A stretch of DNA of 49,261 nucleotides from Candidatus Nezhaarchaeota archaeon WYZ-LMO8 (GCA_004347965.1 QNVF01000003.1:1-49261); one strand, 5' to 3'; shown: positions 27,749-38,062, counted from the stretch's first letter. Notes: generated by a model from the sequence alone, not told the origin. A program made the numbers and translations.

Positions 27749-29147
27749 TCTTCTCAGCCCTCTTAATTATTAACTTCTTAATCGTTATCTTAGCTCCTTG
27801 AAGAACTATCTTAACTCCACCTGCTGCAGTAGGTACAGCGCTTACTGGTATGCCAGTTATCTCTACTCCCACTGCCGTCGGGACTGCAGTTGGTGGTCTT
27901 TCTTCGGGTGGTGCTACAGCAGCCTCTATCTCCTTTATTTTAGCTGCTAATGGATGATTCCTTTCAACGAGGAAGTTCTTCAACTCGTCAATGCTCTTAG
28001 CCTCCTTCTCCGTTGCTATCTTATCATAAAGTTCAGGTGGTATTGCGTCCTTAACCCTCTCCTTCAGCTCCGATGGCATCCAAACTACCCTAGCCCACCC
28101 CCCATCAGCTTGGAAGAACTTTGGTGATCTGAAGTACTCTATACCCACCCCAAGGAAGCCAGTAGTCTGTATACCACCACCTGTTTGCGCAGCCATGGTG
28201 GAAAACGGTAGTCCATTAACTGTTGGACCTCTGAAGCCCCTATGGACAAAACCTATCCCGTCGACTTCAGGTATGTAGAAGGCTATGCACTCAAAGCACC
28301 CACAAGAGGTGTGCGGGTAGTCGAACATTGAGTAGAGAAAAACTCTCTTTACTGCTCCTAGGGATCTCTTAGCCACGACTTCGTTTACTCCTTCGTACTC
28401 ACCTTTAATTGGATCTAGACACTTGCCTTTAGGTATTGGGAAGTTTGGTCCTTTAGGATCTACGTTTGCTGCGGCTCTGGCATCAAACCAGTTTAATGCA
28501 CCGCAGAGCGAAACTCTGTTAGGAGCGATAACGCAAACGTGCTGTGGTGCAAATGATTGGCAAAGCACGCAGCCATAGAACGTATCGACGTCCTCGTCTC
28601 TTATCGCTCGTGCCCTAGCATCTCTTGCATTGTAAATCTCTAAAGCCTTCTGATACCACTCCTTGACCTTCTCCGGGTCAGTTATGAAGGAGACCTCCAT
28701 CTTCTCTATGAAGGGTAGCTCGGCTTTGAAGAGCTTAATTAAAGCTAGACCCCACCACTTTAAGCTTGTCAAGCCCTTCTTGAAGGACTTCTTGCTTATC
28801 CTTATCCATATGTCGTACCTCTGGTTAAGGTGCATGACTCCTTCTATGTAGTTCGTGTAGAGGTGTATCCTTCTTTCGATGACCGGTTCAAGGTCCTTCT
28901 CTATCTTAGCACCTGCGACCTTTATTAGTATGCCAAGTGGATAGCTTCCTCCCTCTTTAAGCTCCGTTAGATCAGGACCTATTACCTTAACAGCTCCATC
29001 CTCTACCTCACCCATTAAAGCTGCAAGCACTAGCTCAAACTTATGAGGAACTGCTGTACCGCCAAATTCAACGTACATGTCCTCTTTTCTAATTCGCTCA
29101 CCTTCGTATATGGGGCTCACTTCAACTGGGAAACCTTCAAACGACAT
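27720..29147 (-). CDS. cdhC: ACDS beta subunit (acetyl-CoA synthase, A-cluster subunit)
   Basis: CVLCQSFAPQHVCVIAPNRVSLCGA and the A-cluster Cys-Gly-Cys motif HTSCGCFECIA. ~475 aa, as in archaeal CdhC. Confidence 0.9.
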   Translation of the reverse strand: MSFEGFPVEVSPIYEGERIRKEDMYVEFGGTAVPHKFELVLAALMGEVEDGAVKVIGPDLTELKEGGSYPLGILIKVAGAKIEKDLEPVIERRIHLYTNYIEGVMHLNQRYDIWIRISKKSFKKGLTSLKWWGLALIKLFKAELPFIEKMEVSFITDPEKVKEWYQKALEIYNARDARARAIRDEDVDTFYGCVLCQSFAPQHVCVIAPNRVSLCGALNWFDARAAANVDPKGPNFPIPKGKCLDPIKGEYEGVNEVVAKRSLGAVKRVFLYSMFDYPHTSCGCFECIAFYIPEVDGIGFVHRGFRGPTVNGLPFSTMAAQTGGGIQTTGFLGVGIEYFRSPKFFQADGGWARVVWMPSELKERVKDAIPPELYDKIATEKEAKSIDELKNFLVERNHPLAAKIKEIEAAVAPPEERPPTAVPTAVGVEITGIPVSAVPTAAGGVKIVLQGAKITIKKLIIKRAEKIEQRAPRSS

Positions 29148-29167
29148 GCTAAATCACCTTAAAGAGC

Positions 29168-29710
29168 CTAGCTTTTCAGAAGCGCAATTACGTTATTTAA
29201 AGCTTGTTCCCATTCATCCTCCTTTAAGTTGGGCATTGAATAGGTTGCATTGGGATGGAAGTATCTATCAAGTGATAGCGTTCTTAGATGTGTGGCAAAG
29301 TGCTTTAGTGTTGAGAGCATCTGTGATTGTAGTTGATAAGAAACTCCCATGTAAATTACTAGGTCGTGGGGTCCCTTGCCATCAACGCTCCAATTTGGAT
29401 CCTGTAACCTATTCGTTACGTCAGCCACAGTCATTATGGCTGCTGGCTCCACGCCTCTATCCTTCAGTGCCTTGTATACATGCGCTGTGGCCACTGTCGG
29501 TATCCCAGCCTTTGCGAGTTCAGCAGCGAAGTCTATTAGCAGTTTGCCACCTAACTTTTCCTTGAGAGAAGCCCCGCCAACTATCAGCAAGGGTCGTTTG
29601 GCTGCTTTTACTAGCTTAGCGACTACGTCGCCTTTTACTGGTGTAGCCATTTCATGACCTGGAACGTTCCCCCACTGCCAAGGCTTGACGGTCATAGCCA
29701 TGAGCTTCAC
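29168..29710 (-). CDS. cdhB: ACDS epsilon subunit
   Basis: 180-aa protein encoded directly after cdhA (2-nt spacer). Size and position match CdhB, and it has a Rossmann-like PLLIVGG segment. Confidence 0.7.
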   Translation of the reverse strand: MKLMAMTVKPWQWGNVPGHEMATPVKGDVVAKLVKAAKRPLLIVGGASLKEKLGGKLLIDFAAELAKAGIPTVATAHVYKALKDRGVEPAAIMTVADVTNRLQDPNWSVDGKGPHDLVIYMGVSYQLQSQMLSTLKHFATHLRTLSLDRYFHPNATYSMPNLKEDEWEQALNNVIALLKS

Positions 29711-29712
29711 CT

Positions 29713-32073
29713 TTAGGCTTGAGCTCTAATTAACCTCTTTAACAGCGTTGGATCTATTGACGGTTTCTCCCAAGGCTCCCAGCCTACTTCTTTGAGGTAA
29801 CGCATTATTTCTTCCTTGAACGTGATGGGTATGTCTGCTTCAGTCCTCACGAAGTGGTGTAAGTCTGGTGGTAGCTTTCCATAGATCCTCTTGTAGAGAT
29901 CAACGTAGTGGGTAAGTTTAATCATCCTACCTTTAGTCGTATCGTTCGGCCTTATGCATAGCTTAGCTGTCCATACCATACACTCTTCCATGGTTTCAAG
30001 GGCTATGATCAAGTGCTCCGGAGCCGGACCTATCCAAACTCTCTCCCCCGTTCTAGCGTCATATACTGTGAACGACTCTTTATCTTCAGCTCTACCCAAG
30101 TACATCCTCCTATACTTCGAACCTTGAGGACCAACTATGACTGGAATACCTAGTCTATTACAGCCTGTGGCAATTGAAGCAGCCTTCTGCGAGTAGGCGC
30201 CCCATGCAACTCCTACTGCTCCAACTCTATTAAGTATGTAGTCCGCTATCTCCTCGTAGTTAGCTCTCAAAGGTCTTTTAGCGAATATGTTGGCTATCTT
30301 TATTGCTGCACCGGTTATGTGAGCATTTGCTACGCAAGAACCGACGTTCACTACTCCTCCTCTATCAAAGGTGCCTGGGAACTCCTCGTATATCGTCTTA
30401 CCCTCTTCATTCCTCACGTAAGAAGCAACCATTGCCGAGCAGCCTGAAAGAGTTACTATGTAGCCTCTCCTAGCGAACTCTCTCGCCATAATTCCAACTT
30501 CTTTTGCACCATTAGGGAAGTTTGCGCATCCAACGTAGGCTACAACACCTGGTATTTCACCTAAAACTATTGGTGAACCTACTTCTCTAATCTCTGTGTC
30601 AAGAATGGGGCCTCTCCCAACCCTTATCCTGTATTTCTCGGTCTTAATCTTATGTTGGAAGGCTGCTTCAATCAATGATAGAGCTGGTATCTTCCTTGGA
30701 CAAACTTGTTCACATCTAGCGCACCCAAGACAGAGATCGTGAAGCATTGAGAGCAGCTCGAAGTCTCCCTTCTTAGCGTTGAAGACTGCTTGGTCTATGG
30801 GTAGGTCTATTGGACAATTTCTTCTACAAGTACCGCAGAAGGTGCATCCTGATGCTTGAGCCTGTATTTGAGATGGATCCGGTATTATCTTGAACTTTTG
30901 CCTTATGGGTGCCATCCTTATGGCAGTTATAGCCGTGACTGCACCAGCTTTCTCAAGGTCTGGAAGAAATACGCCAGGTACTGAGCCACTGACAAGCATC
31001 TCTACGATCTTCTCTACAGGTAATTCACTTACATCCGGTAGTCCGTAGGAGGCCTTATCAGAGACTGCTACAACAGGTGTCTTCACTCGCTGAGCCTCGT
31101 AAACTACGTTAGTCCTAATGCATTGCTCGTCGGTCATTATTACATCTGCTGCTCCCGACCTTATTATCCTCAATTGATCAGATATTGGACCGATGATCTT
31201 AGCTTGATCCCTATATCTCACTATATCATGTGCTGTACAGCAGAGTCCTGCAACCTCAACCGTCTCCCCTGGCCCGCCGAGACCCGATTTTTCTAAGTAG
31301 TCGATGACCTCAATTCCAGCTGAGACGTTGTGACCTATACAGATGACCACAGGCTTACTTAGATCTAAGACGCCTAATCCAACCCAAGTTAGCGGTGCAT
31401 TGGGATCCCCCTTCGGAAAGTTGAATGTCACGATTTGAGCTACATCAGCTATCTCCATCGCCAAGTGGTCGATCATGCTGACGTGCAAGGCCTTGGACTC
31501 GAAGTCTAGGTAATTACCTTCTTGGCCGGTATGAGAAGCACTTAAACATTGTGTTACTTCCTTTTCACAATAATTGAGTAAGTAAGCTAAATCACCTAGG
31601 GTCTTCGGTTTTATCCCTGTTATCAATCTTGCATGAGGCATCTCAATTGCTATCTCTTGACCTAAGTTTATTGGATAATCTTCTCCGAACTTCTCGATTA
31701 AGTGGTCCACCATATGCCTTGCATGGGCTAAATGAGTTGATGCTCCTATGCAACATGCTATTAAAACGATTCTAGCAGTCTGAGCCTTCATGTTAATCCC
31801 GCACGCACCTAGCCTACCCTTAGATAGATCACACTTACCGTAGGTGCAGAGACAACAGTAGTCGCAGAACGGAGCATAGAAAGGCTTATACCTACTTAAC
31901 AGCATGTGGTCCCAAGACCTTAACGTTGATATGTGTGGAAACGGTGTTGGTCCAAGGAGCTCCCATTCCTCCTCCATCGCTATTCTTCCTATAAGTACCT
32001 CGATGTCCTTGGCACTTACAAGCCCGCTTGCTAACTCCTTAGCAGATATCTTTAATGGACCTTTTTCAACCAT
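29713..32073 (-). CDS. cdhA: ACDS alpha subunit (Ni-Fe carbon monoxide dehydrogenase)
   Basis: N-terminal FCDYCCLCTYGKCDL Fe-S motifs. There is an internal ferredoxin insertion, CTFCGTCRRNCP and CLGCARCEQVCP. The conserved C-cluster region GCSAM...VGSCVANAH is present. 786 aa. Confidence 0.9.
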   Translation of the reverse strand: MVEKGPLKISAKELASGLVSAKDIEVLIGRIAMEEEWELLGPTPFPHISTLRSWDHMLLSRYKPFYAPFCDYCCLCTYGKCDLSKGRLGACGINMKAQTARIVLIACCIGASTHLAHARHMVDHLIEKFGEDYPINLGQEIAIEMPHARLITGIKPKTLGDLAYLLNYCEKEVTQCLSASHTGQEGNYLDFESKALHVSMIDHLAMEIADVAQIVTFNFPKGDPNAPLTWVGLGVLDLSKPVVICIGHNVSAGIEVIDYLEKSGLGGPGETVEVAGLCCTAHDIVRYRDQAKIIGPISDQLRIIRSGAADVIMTDEQCIRTNVVYEAQRVKTPVVAVSDKASYGLPDVSELPVEKIVEMLVSGSVPGVFLPDLEKAGAVTAITAIRMAPIRQKFKIIPDPSQIQAQASGCTFCGTCRRNCPIDLPIDQAVFNAKKGDFELLSMLHDLCLGCARCEQVCPRKIPALSLIEAAFQHKIKTEKYRIRVGRGPILDTEIREVGSPIVLGEIPGVVAYVGCANFPNGAKEVGIMAREFARRGYIVTLSGCSAMVASYVRNEEGKTIYEEFPGTFDRGGVVNVGSCVANAHITGAAIKIANIFAKRPLRANYEEIADYILNRVGAVGVAWGAYSQKAASIATGCNRLGIPVIVGPQGSKYRRMYLGRAEDKESFTVYDARTGERVWIGPAPEHLIIALETMEECMVWTAKLCIRPNDTTKGRMIKLTHYVDLYKRIYGKLPPDLHHFVRTEADIPITFKEEIMRYLKEVGWEPWEKPSIDPTLLKRLIRAQA

Positions 32074-32567
32074 TACTTAAACCTCCAACAATGTGGTTAA
32101 GAAGTAGTGTGATGTCAAGTGTTTTTAAGTTTACCCTCTGTCTCACATGTACGAAAGCTTCTTAAGCAAACGTTAATTGGCGCTTGAAAGACCCCCAGCT
32201 AATTAAGTTAAAGATCATAACCTTAAGTTCTTCAAGTCGCTAGACAAAATTACGTAATGATTTCGGATGAATTCTTTACTAGCTCTCGTGGATGTTATCT
32301 GACGTTCTACCGTATATCGCTCGTACTATTTCAGTAATGTGTTGACCGAAGTAATCTAGCTGCTTAAAGTCTAACCTTGACGTTCTCTTAGCACGTTATA
32401 ATTACGACTCCCAACCGTTTTAATACAATGAGGTTGAGCATTCTCCTAGACTCTCTACTATCAGTTTAAGTTCCATACGCCACATCAACCAATTATCCGC
32501 CGATTCTTTTATCATGCGCATCGAAGCATATATTAGGTGAGGTGCTTTAAGCGGATTGGGGACCGTA

Positions 32568-32987
32568 ATGTTCGAGAAGAAGGATCTGGTAAGCATAAGG
32601 GAGTTTGAAGGTGGATATGCCCACGACAGGTTCCTCAAAAACGCTGTTCAACTGAGAACCAAGGTTTTAAAGGACTTAACTCAAGAAGAAGTTAAGGTAG
32701 TGGCAATGGCTGTTGGCGGTCTAGTTGTTGACTTTAAGATCGACGATGCAACCTTGTGGGCTATAGCTGTAACCCCCCTTCCAGGCTTCCACATAGTCTA
32801 CTGCATGCAGAAATACTCTCCAGAGTTTGAAGATACTATTGAAGTACTGTTCTCTAGGAAAGCTGTAGAGTTCGGGATACCAGCTGAAGATGCTAGTGAA
32901 TGGGCTATCCTGTACCTGAACGCCATGATATACGCAGTCAGAAGAATACTTAAGAAAGATATAGAAAGAGTTTCACATTACCTCTAA
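32568..32987 (+). CDS. hypothetical protein divergent from cdhA
   Basis: ORF with codon usage similar to its neighbours. ATG at 32568 is preferred over the upstream TTG at 32556. No motif recognised. Confidence 0.4.
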   Translation: MFEKKDLVSIREFEGGYAHDRFLKNAVQLRTKVLKDLTQEEVKVVAMAVGGLVVDFKIDDATLWAIAVTPLPGFHIVYCMQKYSPEFEDTIEVLFSRKAVEFGIPAEDASEWAILYLNAMIYAVRRILKKDIERVSHYL

Positions 32988-33036
32988 CCACATTAAAGCA
33001 TAAAAGTCTCTAGTATTGATGTAAGGAGAATGTGGA

Positions 33037-33114
33037 GGGCCGGTAGTTTAGCCTGGCTAGAACGCTACCCTTACGAGGTAGTGGTCCCCGGTTCAAATCC
33101 GGGCCGGCCCACCA
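33037..33114 (+). tRNA. tRNA-Val (anticodon UAC) with genomically encoded CCA
   Basis: A cloverleaf can be folded by hand. Acceptor stem: GGGCCGG/CCGGCCC. D stem: GTTT/GAAC. Anticodon stem: CTACC/GGTAG, with loop CT-TAC-GA. Variable loop: 5 nt. T stem: CCCGG/CCGGG, with loop TTCAAAT. Discriminator A, then CCA. Confidence 0.85.
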
Positions 33115-33222
33115 CGATTTAATCAAGTTCCTTAAATTATAACAACTCCTTTGTTATGTCTAAGAGGTCAACCGCAAGAGCATGTCGAGGAGAGTTATGG
33201 TGAACACATAAGAGTTCCTAAA

Positions 33223-34431
33223 TTAGTTAGAGAAAGTAGTTTCCATGTTGAAGAAGTTATTGATACACTTCTTTAGACTAGATTGCGTTGTCAAAAGAAA
33301 GAGTACTAGAAGTGATGATGCTTGCGTTAAAGCTACATAACCTATCACTATTGGTGCTGATAGTTGTAACATGAAGGTCATCATGAAGCCTCCGATACTC
33401 CATGAAGACCCATAAATCATTCCAAAGGTTCCATAAGCTATTGCTAACTTACCTTTATCAACAATATCTGCTATGGATGCTCTCATGATCGTCTCCGAAA
33501 CACCCATGGTGATGCCCCAGAGAACTGCCATTACATATGCTAGTGTCGTGATCCTTGTGGTTAATAGTATTGTTATCATCAATGTTACTATGGGCGCTAT
33601 GTAGAGACTCTTAAACTTTATCACATCATAGAGGTGACCTATCGGGAAGGCTATGATGGCGTCTACACCCATTGCAATTGCGTATAGTATTGCTATCTCA
33701 GCATCCCCCAAAACCCCCCAATCTTTTAGAAAATAGGATGCTATAGCCCAGTGCACAAACCCTAAAGACTGTAAGCTCATTGATAATGTGTATAACCAAA
33801 ACTTCTTGCCTAGACCTCTAAACGAGGTCTTTCTACGTGAGAACTCAACGCTTTTAATCTTTGGATATAGAGACCACGCTGTAAATATGAACATCATAGT
33901 CAATGCTCCTGGGATTAAGAGCGTTAGGAAGGCGCTAGGATAATCATAGCGTATAAGTATGTATGCGAAGAGGAGCGGTCCCACTAAAGCACCAACTTGA
34001 TCCATAACCTCATGGAGTCCGAAGCCTTTCCCCCTACCAACATCCTCTGTAACTTCAGCTAAAATCACATCTCTTACAGGAGTCCTTAAGCCCTTTCCAA
34101 CTCTCTCCAAAAGGTAAAGTGATGTTGCAATCCACCAGGAGCCTGCAAAAGCGAGAAATGGTAGAACCATGACGTTCATGGCATAACCAGACGCCACGAA
34201 GCCCCAAAAAACGTAAGAGGAGCCAAGGTATGATGCTAGCACGCCACTTACAATTCTAAAGAAATATCCTATGAGCTCCCCCACACCGATTATAGCTGAG
34301 GCAATAGGTGGAGCACCCAAAAACTCTAGGTAAGCTCCACTAGCAGACCTAGCCCCCTCATAAACCATGTCAGCAGACAGAGAGGTAAGTCCTAGCAGCA
34401 CGAACACAATTAAGATTCTTCTACTACTCAT
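33223..34431 (-). CDS. major facilitator superfamily transporter
   Basis: ~12 predicted hydrophobic helices in two halves. An MFS-like loop motif, ERVGKGLRTPVRD, lies between TM2 and TM3. Confidence 0.7.
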   Translation of the reverse strand: MSSRRILIVFVLLGLTSLSADMVYEGARSASGAYLEFLGAPPIASAIIGVGELIGYFFRIVSGVLASYLGSSYVFWGFVASGYAMNVMVLPFLAFAGSWWIATSLYLLERVGKGLRTPVRDVILAEVTEDVGRGKGFGLHEVMDQVGALVGPLLFAYILIRYDYPSAFLTLLIPGALTMMFIFTAWSLYPKIKSVEFSRRKTSFRGLGKKFWLYTLSMSLQSLGFVHWAIASYFLKDWGVLGDAEIAILYAIAMGVDAIIAFPIGHLYDVIKFKSLYIAPIVTLMITILLTTRITTLAYVMAVLWGITMGVSETIMRASIADIVDKGKLAIAYGTFGMIYGSSWSIGGFMMTFMLQLSAPIVIGYVALTQASSLLVLFLLTTQSSLKKCINNFFNMETTFSN

Positions 34432-34916
34432 CTCTTATTCGCCATCACGTTAACCTGAAAGCATGAAAGGATATTTAAGGGTACTTCTTTAAACGACGTA
34501 AACGTGCTAAGTATTTGAGGTAAGTGAGCACAGAGACTTTAACAAGCGAAAGAGGGGTTTAAAAAACTCGAAATTTACAGATTAATAAGGTTCAGGCATC
34601 GTAGTAACCCTCCTAAGAGAAATTTGAATGAGTTAACGTTATGTGCTATAGAATACGCTGCATTATGCTCGTGAAGGCTGTAGCTTTAAGGTCTTTGTGG
34701 ATGAGATAGAGTAACCCTGTAGGTCTATGTTGAGGAGTTTATGTTCTTCTAAAATGGAGGTCACATAGTTCTAGAGCCTTACACAACTCTAAATTTATGC
34801 GCTAGATCGTTTCACATACTGCAAAACATCTTGTAAATTATTTTTAATAAAACATGGCTATTGTAGATGATAAGCTTTTTTCGTATGCTATTATTTGGTT
34901 TATAAGCGGAGAAAAA

Positions 34917-35516
34917 ATGACAGCCTTAGCTCTAAAGTTCCCATTGAAACTCGATAGTAAAGACCTCAGAATTATATCGCTTTACTCTGAGAATCCTGAG
35001 CTATCTCAAGAAGAGGTAGCAAAGAAGCTTGGTATATCTCAACCAGCTGTAGCTATGAGAATTAAGAGACTCAAGCAGTTAGGAGCTTTAGAACATAAGT
35101 TCGGTATAAATCCATTAAAAATAGGCTTCCATGTTGCTAAGGTTGACATATCGACTGTCAACGTCAATAAGATTCTAAGCAAGTTTGCCAACTGCCCCTA
35201 CTTCTTAAATGGCTTCGTGACTACAGGAAAGAACAATTTATGTCTCTTATTCATGGCTGAAGACATATCAACTCTCGAAGCGATAGTCAACAATCACCTA
35301 AGAATCGATGAAGATGTAAGGGATGTAGAGTTCAACATAGTCATATCAGCTGTTAGAGGACTCATAGTGCCGATCAAAATTTACGAGAGGCCTGAAGATA
35401 GACCCCCATGTGGAAGTGCGATTATTTGTCGTGAGTGCCCCAGCTTTAAGGATGGTTCGTGTGCAGGCTGTCCAGCTCTAGGACATCGTCGGTCGATGTT
35501 TAGATCTAATCATTAA
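34917..35516 (+). CDS. Lrp/AsnC-type HTH transcriptional regulator with a C-terminal Cys-rich (metal/Fe-S?) tail
   Basis: HTH LSQEEVAKKLGISQPAVAMRIKRLKQLG, followed by an AsnC-like alpha/beta ligand domain, then PPCGSAIICRECPSFKDGSCAGCPALGH (5 Cys). ATG at 34917 is preferred over 34854, which would add a hydrophobic non-conserved leader. Confidence 0.6.
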   Translation: MTALALKFPLKLDSKDLRIISLYSENPELSQEEVAKKLGISQPAVAMRIKRLKQLGALEHKFGINPLKIGFHVAKVDISTVNVNKILSKFANCPYFLNGFVTTGKNNLCLLFMAEDISTLEAIVNNHLRIDEDVRDVEFNIVISAVRGLIVPIKIYERPEDRPPCGSAIICRECPSFKDGSCAGCPALGHRRSMFRSNH

Positions 35517-35601
35517 TAAATTTCTAAGCATTTTTAACTTATAAATTATGGTGAAAATGTTTTTAAATAATTAAAGCCGCACTTATACTTAGTGTTTTTC
35601 C

Positions 35602-36924
35602 ATGAGCGAGCAACAATTCAAGATGTTCTGTTATCAGTGCGTTCAAACCGCTAAAGGTCAAGGCTGCACGGTGATGGGTATCTGCGGTAAGAACCCTACG
35701 GTCGCTCGTCTTCAAGACTTCTTGATATTTGGTGTTAAAGGGGTCTCAGCCTATCTCTACCATGCTAGAGAGCTTGGCTACTCAGATCCAGAAGTCAACT
35801 CCATTTTGGAGGAAGCAGTCTTCACCACTTTAACTAATGTGAACTTCAATGAGAAGGAGCTTTTTGAGTACTGTTTGAAGATCGGGGAAGTCAATATAAA
35901 GGCTATGAGATTGCTGAAGAAAGCTCACATAGAAACCTACGGCGAACCTGAGCCAACACTCGTTAGGACTAGTGCTGTTAAGGGTCGTGGAATCATAGTT
36001 ACTGGTCACAGCTTGAAGGCCTTAGATGAGCTATTAAAGCAAACCGAAGGTACTGGAATAAAGGTTTACACTCACTCCGAGATGTTGCCAGCACATGGAT
36101 ATCCTAAGCTTAGGAAGTATGATCACTTAGCCGGTAACCTAGGTAAGGCGTGGTACGATCAAAGACAATTGTTTGCCAAGTACCCAATGACCATATTAGC
36201 AACTACAAACTGCGCACTAATACCGATTGAAGCTTATAGGAACAGGATGTTCACGACTGGACCAGTTAGATTACCAGGTGTTAAGCACATAAGCAACTAC
36301 GACTACACGGAGGTCATTAAGAAGGCTGAGGAGCTTCCAGAGGTTCAGGAAGAAGAGGGCAAAATAGTTTTGTGGACTGGGTTCTCCAGGTCAGCTATAT
36401 TAAGCCAAGCTAAGAAGATCAAGGAGTTAGTGAATGAGGGCAAGATAAGGCGCATATTCCTCATAGGCGGTTGCGATTCACCGCTTCGAGAAATGGAGTA
36501 CTTTAGAGAGTTAGCTTTGAAGCTCCCTAGAGACACGATAATCCTCACTCTTGCTTGCGGTAAGTATAGAATAAACGATTTAGACTTGGGCACTGTGGAT
36601 GGTTTGCCGAGATTAATGGATCTTGGGCAGTGCAACGATGCCATAGTAGCTATAGACTTGCTTCCAGAATTAGCTAAGCTCTTAGACTTGGAGGTTCAAG
36701 AACTACCATTAACCATGGTATTAAGCTGGTGTGAGCAAAAGGCGGTAAGTATTCTTTTAAGCCTACTATACTTAAACGTGAAAAACATATACTTGGCTCC
36801 TAGACTTCCAGCATGGATTAATGAGGATATTCTCAAAACGTTGAAAGAACGATATGAGCTAAAGGTCGTCTCGAACCCAGAGAGTGATTTGAAAGAGATG
36901 CTGAAGAGTCAACAATCTTCCTAG
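35602..36924 (+). CDS. hcp: hybrid-cluster protein / hydroxylamine reductase (short archaeal class)
   Basis: N-terminal [23 protein letters not shown] (CX2CX8CX5C cubane motif) and downstream hybrid-cluster ligand regions (HSEM, NCA, GGCD, CGKY, GQCND). 440 aa. Confidence 0.85.
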   Translation: MSEQQFKMFCYQCVQTAKGQGCTVMGICGKNPTVARLQDFLIFGVKGVSAYLYHARELGYSDPEVNSILEEAVFTTLTNVNFNEKELFEYCLKIGEVNIKAMRLLKKAHIETYGEPEPTLVRTSAVKGRGIIVTGHSLKALDELLKQTEGTGIKVYTHSEMLPAHGYPKLRKYDHLAGNLGKAWYDQRQLFAKYPMTILATTNCALIPIEAYRNRMFTTGPVRLPGVKHISNYDYTEVIKKAEELPEVQEEEGKIVLWTGFSRSAILSQAKKIKELVNEGKIRRIFLIGGCDSPLREMEYFRELALKLPRDTIILTLACGKYRINDLDLGTVDGLPRLMDLGQCNDAIVAIDLLPELAKLLDLEVQELPLTMVLSWCEQKAVSILLSLLYLNVKNIYLAPRLPAWINEDILKTLKERYELKVVSNPESDLKEMLKSQQSS

Positions 36925-37095
36925 TATTAAGACTCTTTCATTTTTACTACCAAAAATCTTAAACTAGGATAGCATCATTTACTGAAGTTACTTCTTAAGT
37001 AGCAAGGCTATCTCGTCACCATTTTATACTAGGAATAATTTTAGAGGTTTATGCGATGTTAAATAAAGAGGTTTATGAGGTTGCATGCTTAAACG

Positions 37096-37887
37096 TCAAC
37101 CTCCACGTAAGAAGTCAATTATTGCCGCAATTGCTTTGTCAATCTCCTCTGCTAGTCCATGTCCTGATTTCTCAAGGATTATTAGCTTAGCGTTTGGTAT
37201 CGTGCTGGCTAGTATCGTAGCATTTTCTACTGGTAGGAGGATGTCCTTCTTCCCATGTACTATCAATGTGGGTACCTTTATTTGTGGTAATCTATCGTGC
37301 GTGTCAAACTGCATTATGGCGTAAAACTGCTGTATGAAAGCTTCCTTCGTGATCGGAGCTTTGAGCATTCGTTGTATCATGTCCTCAAATGCTTGAGGGT
37401 TGTTATTGATGAATTCTTCAGTAAAGATTGTTTTAGCCATAAACTCCATGACCTTCCTAGGATTTTCCGCTAAATCATCAAGAGGTACTGGTTGTGGAGG
37501 TGGAAGCACCCCTCGCCTAGCACCACAGAACGTTGAGCATAGAACTAGCTTCTCAACTCTTTCAGGGTAGTTTAACACTAGCTCTTGAGCTATCATTCCA
37601 CCCATCGAGAAACCCAAGACGTTGGCCTTTGAAATGCCTAGTGCATCCATTAACCCTACAGTGTCATCAGCAAAGAGTTTAATCGAAAACGGTTTTTGAC
37701 CCATATCACTACGTCCAGCACCCCTATTGTCGAACAGTATAAGCTTAAAGTGCTTTGAGAACTCTGAAATCATCTTTGGATCCCACCAATCTAAGTTTCC
37801 CGCTAAACCCATTATCATGACCAAGGGATTCCCTTCGCCCTTGATTTCATAATAGATATTTACGTCCCCAACTCTTACTTTAGGCAT
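37096..37887 (-). CDS. alpha/beta-fold hydrolase
   Basis: Oxyanion-hole HG-like MIMGL, nucleophile elbow GFSMGG, and C-terminal GHGL histidine. ATG at 37887 is preceded by GAGGAGAGG and is preferred over the longer 37941 start. Confidence 0.75.
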   Translation of the reverse strand: MPKVRVGDVNIYYEIKGEGNPLVMIMGLAGNLDWWDPKMISEFSKHFKLILFDNRGAGRSDMGQKPFSIKLFADDTVGLMDALGISKANVLGFSMGGMIAQELVLNYPERVEKLVLCSTFCGARRGVLPPPQPVPLDDLAENPRKVMEFMAKTIFTEEFINNNPQAFEDMIQRMLKAPITKEAFIQQFYAIMQFDTHDRLPQIKVPTLIVHGKKDILLPVENATILASTIPNAKLIILEKSGHGLAEEIDKAIAAIIDFLRGG

Positions 37888-38062
37888 TAACCTCTCCTCA
37901 CAACTTAGGTCTTTTTTCAAAAATAGTCTTGTATTATGCATCTATTAAAGATTTTGAGCTCCTACATCGAATTTAACTACATTTAAAAAGAAGGGTGAAT
38001 ACGTTAAATTGCTAGCTGGAGATGTCTCTAATTTATTTAAGGAAATCTGCGATAAAGGACTA

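Noticed and set aside
29077-29657. ORFs 29077-29565 (162 aa) and 29376-29657 (93 aa), antisense to cdhB/cdhC
   Set aside because: They overlap strongly supported ACDS subunit genes. They have no motifs and their composition is typical of antisense frames.
36345-37324. ORFs 36345-36644 (antisense to hcp) and 37085-37324 (antisense to the alpha/beta hydrolase)
   Set aside because: Both lie fully inside well-supported genes on the other strand and have no motifs.
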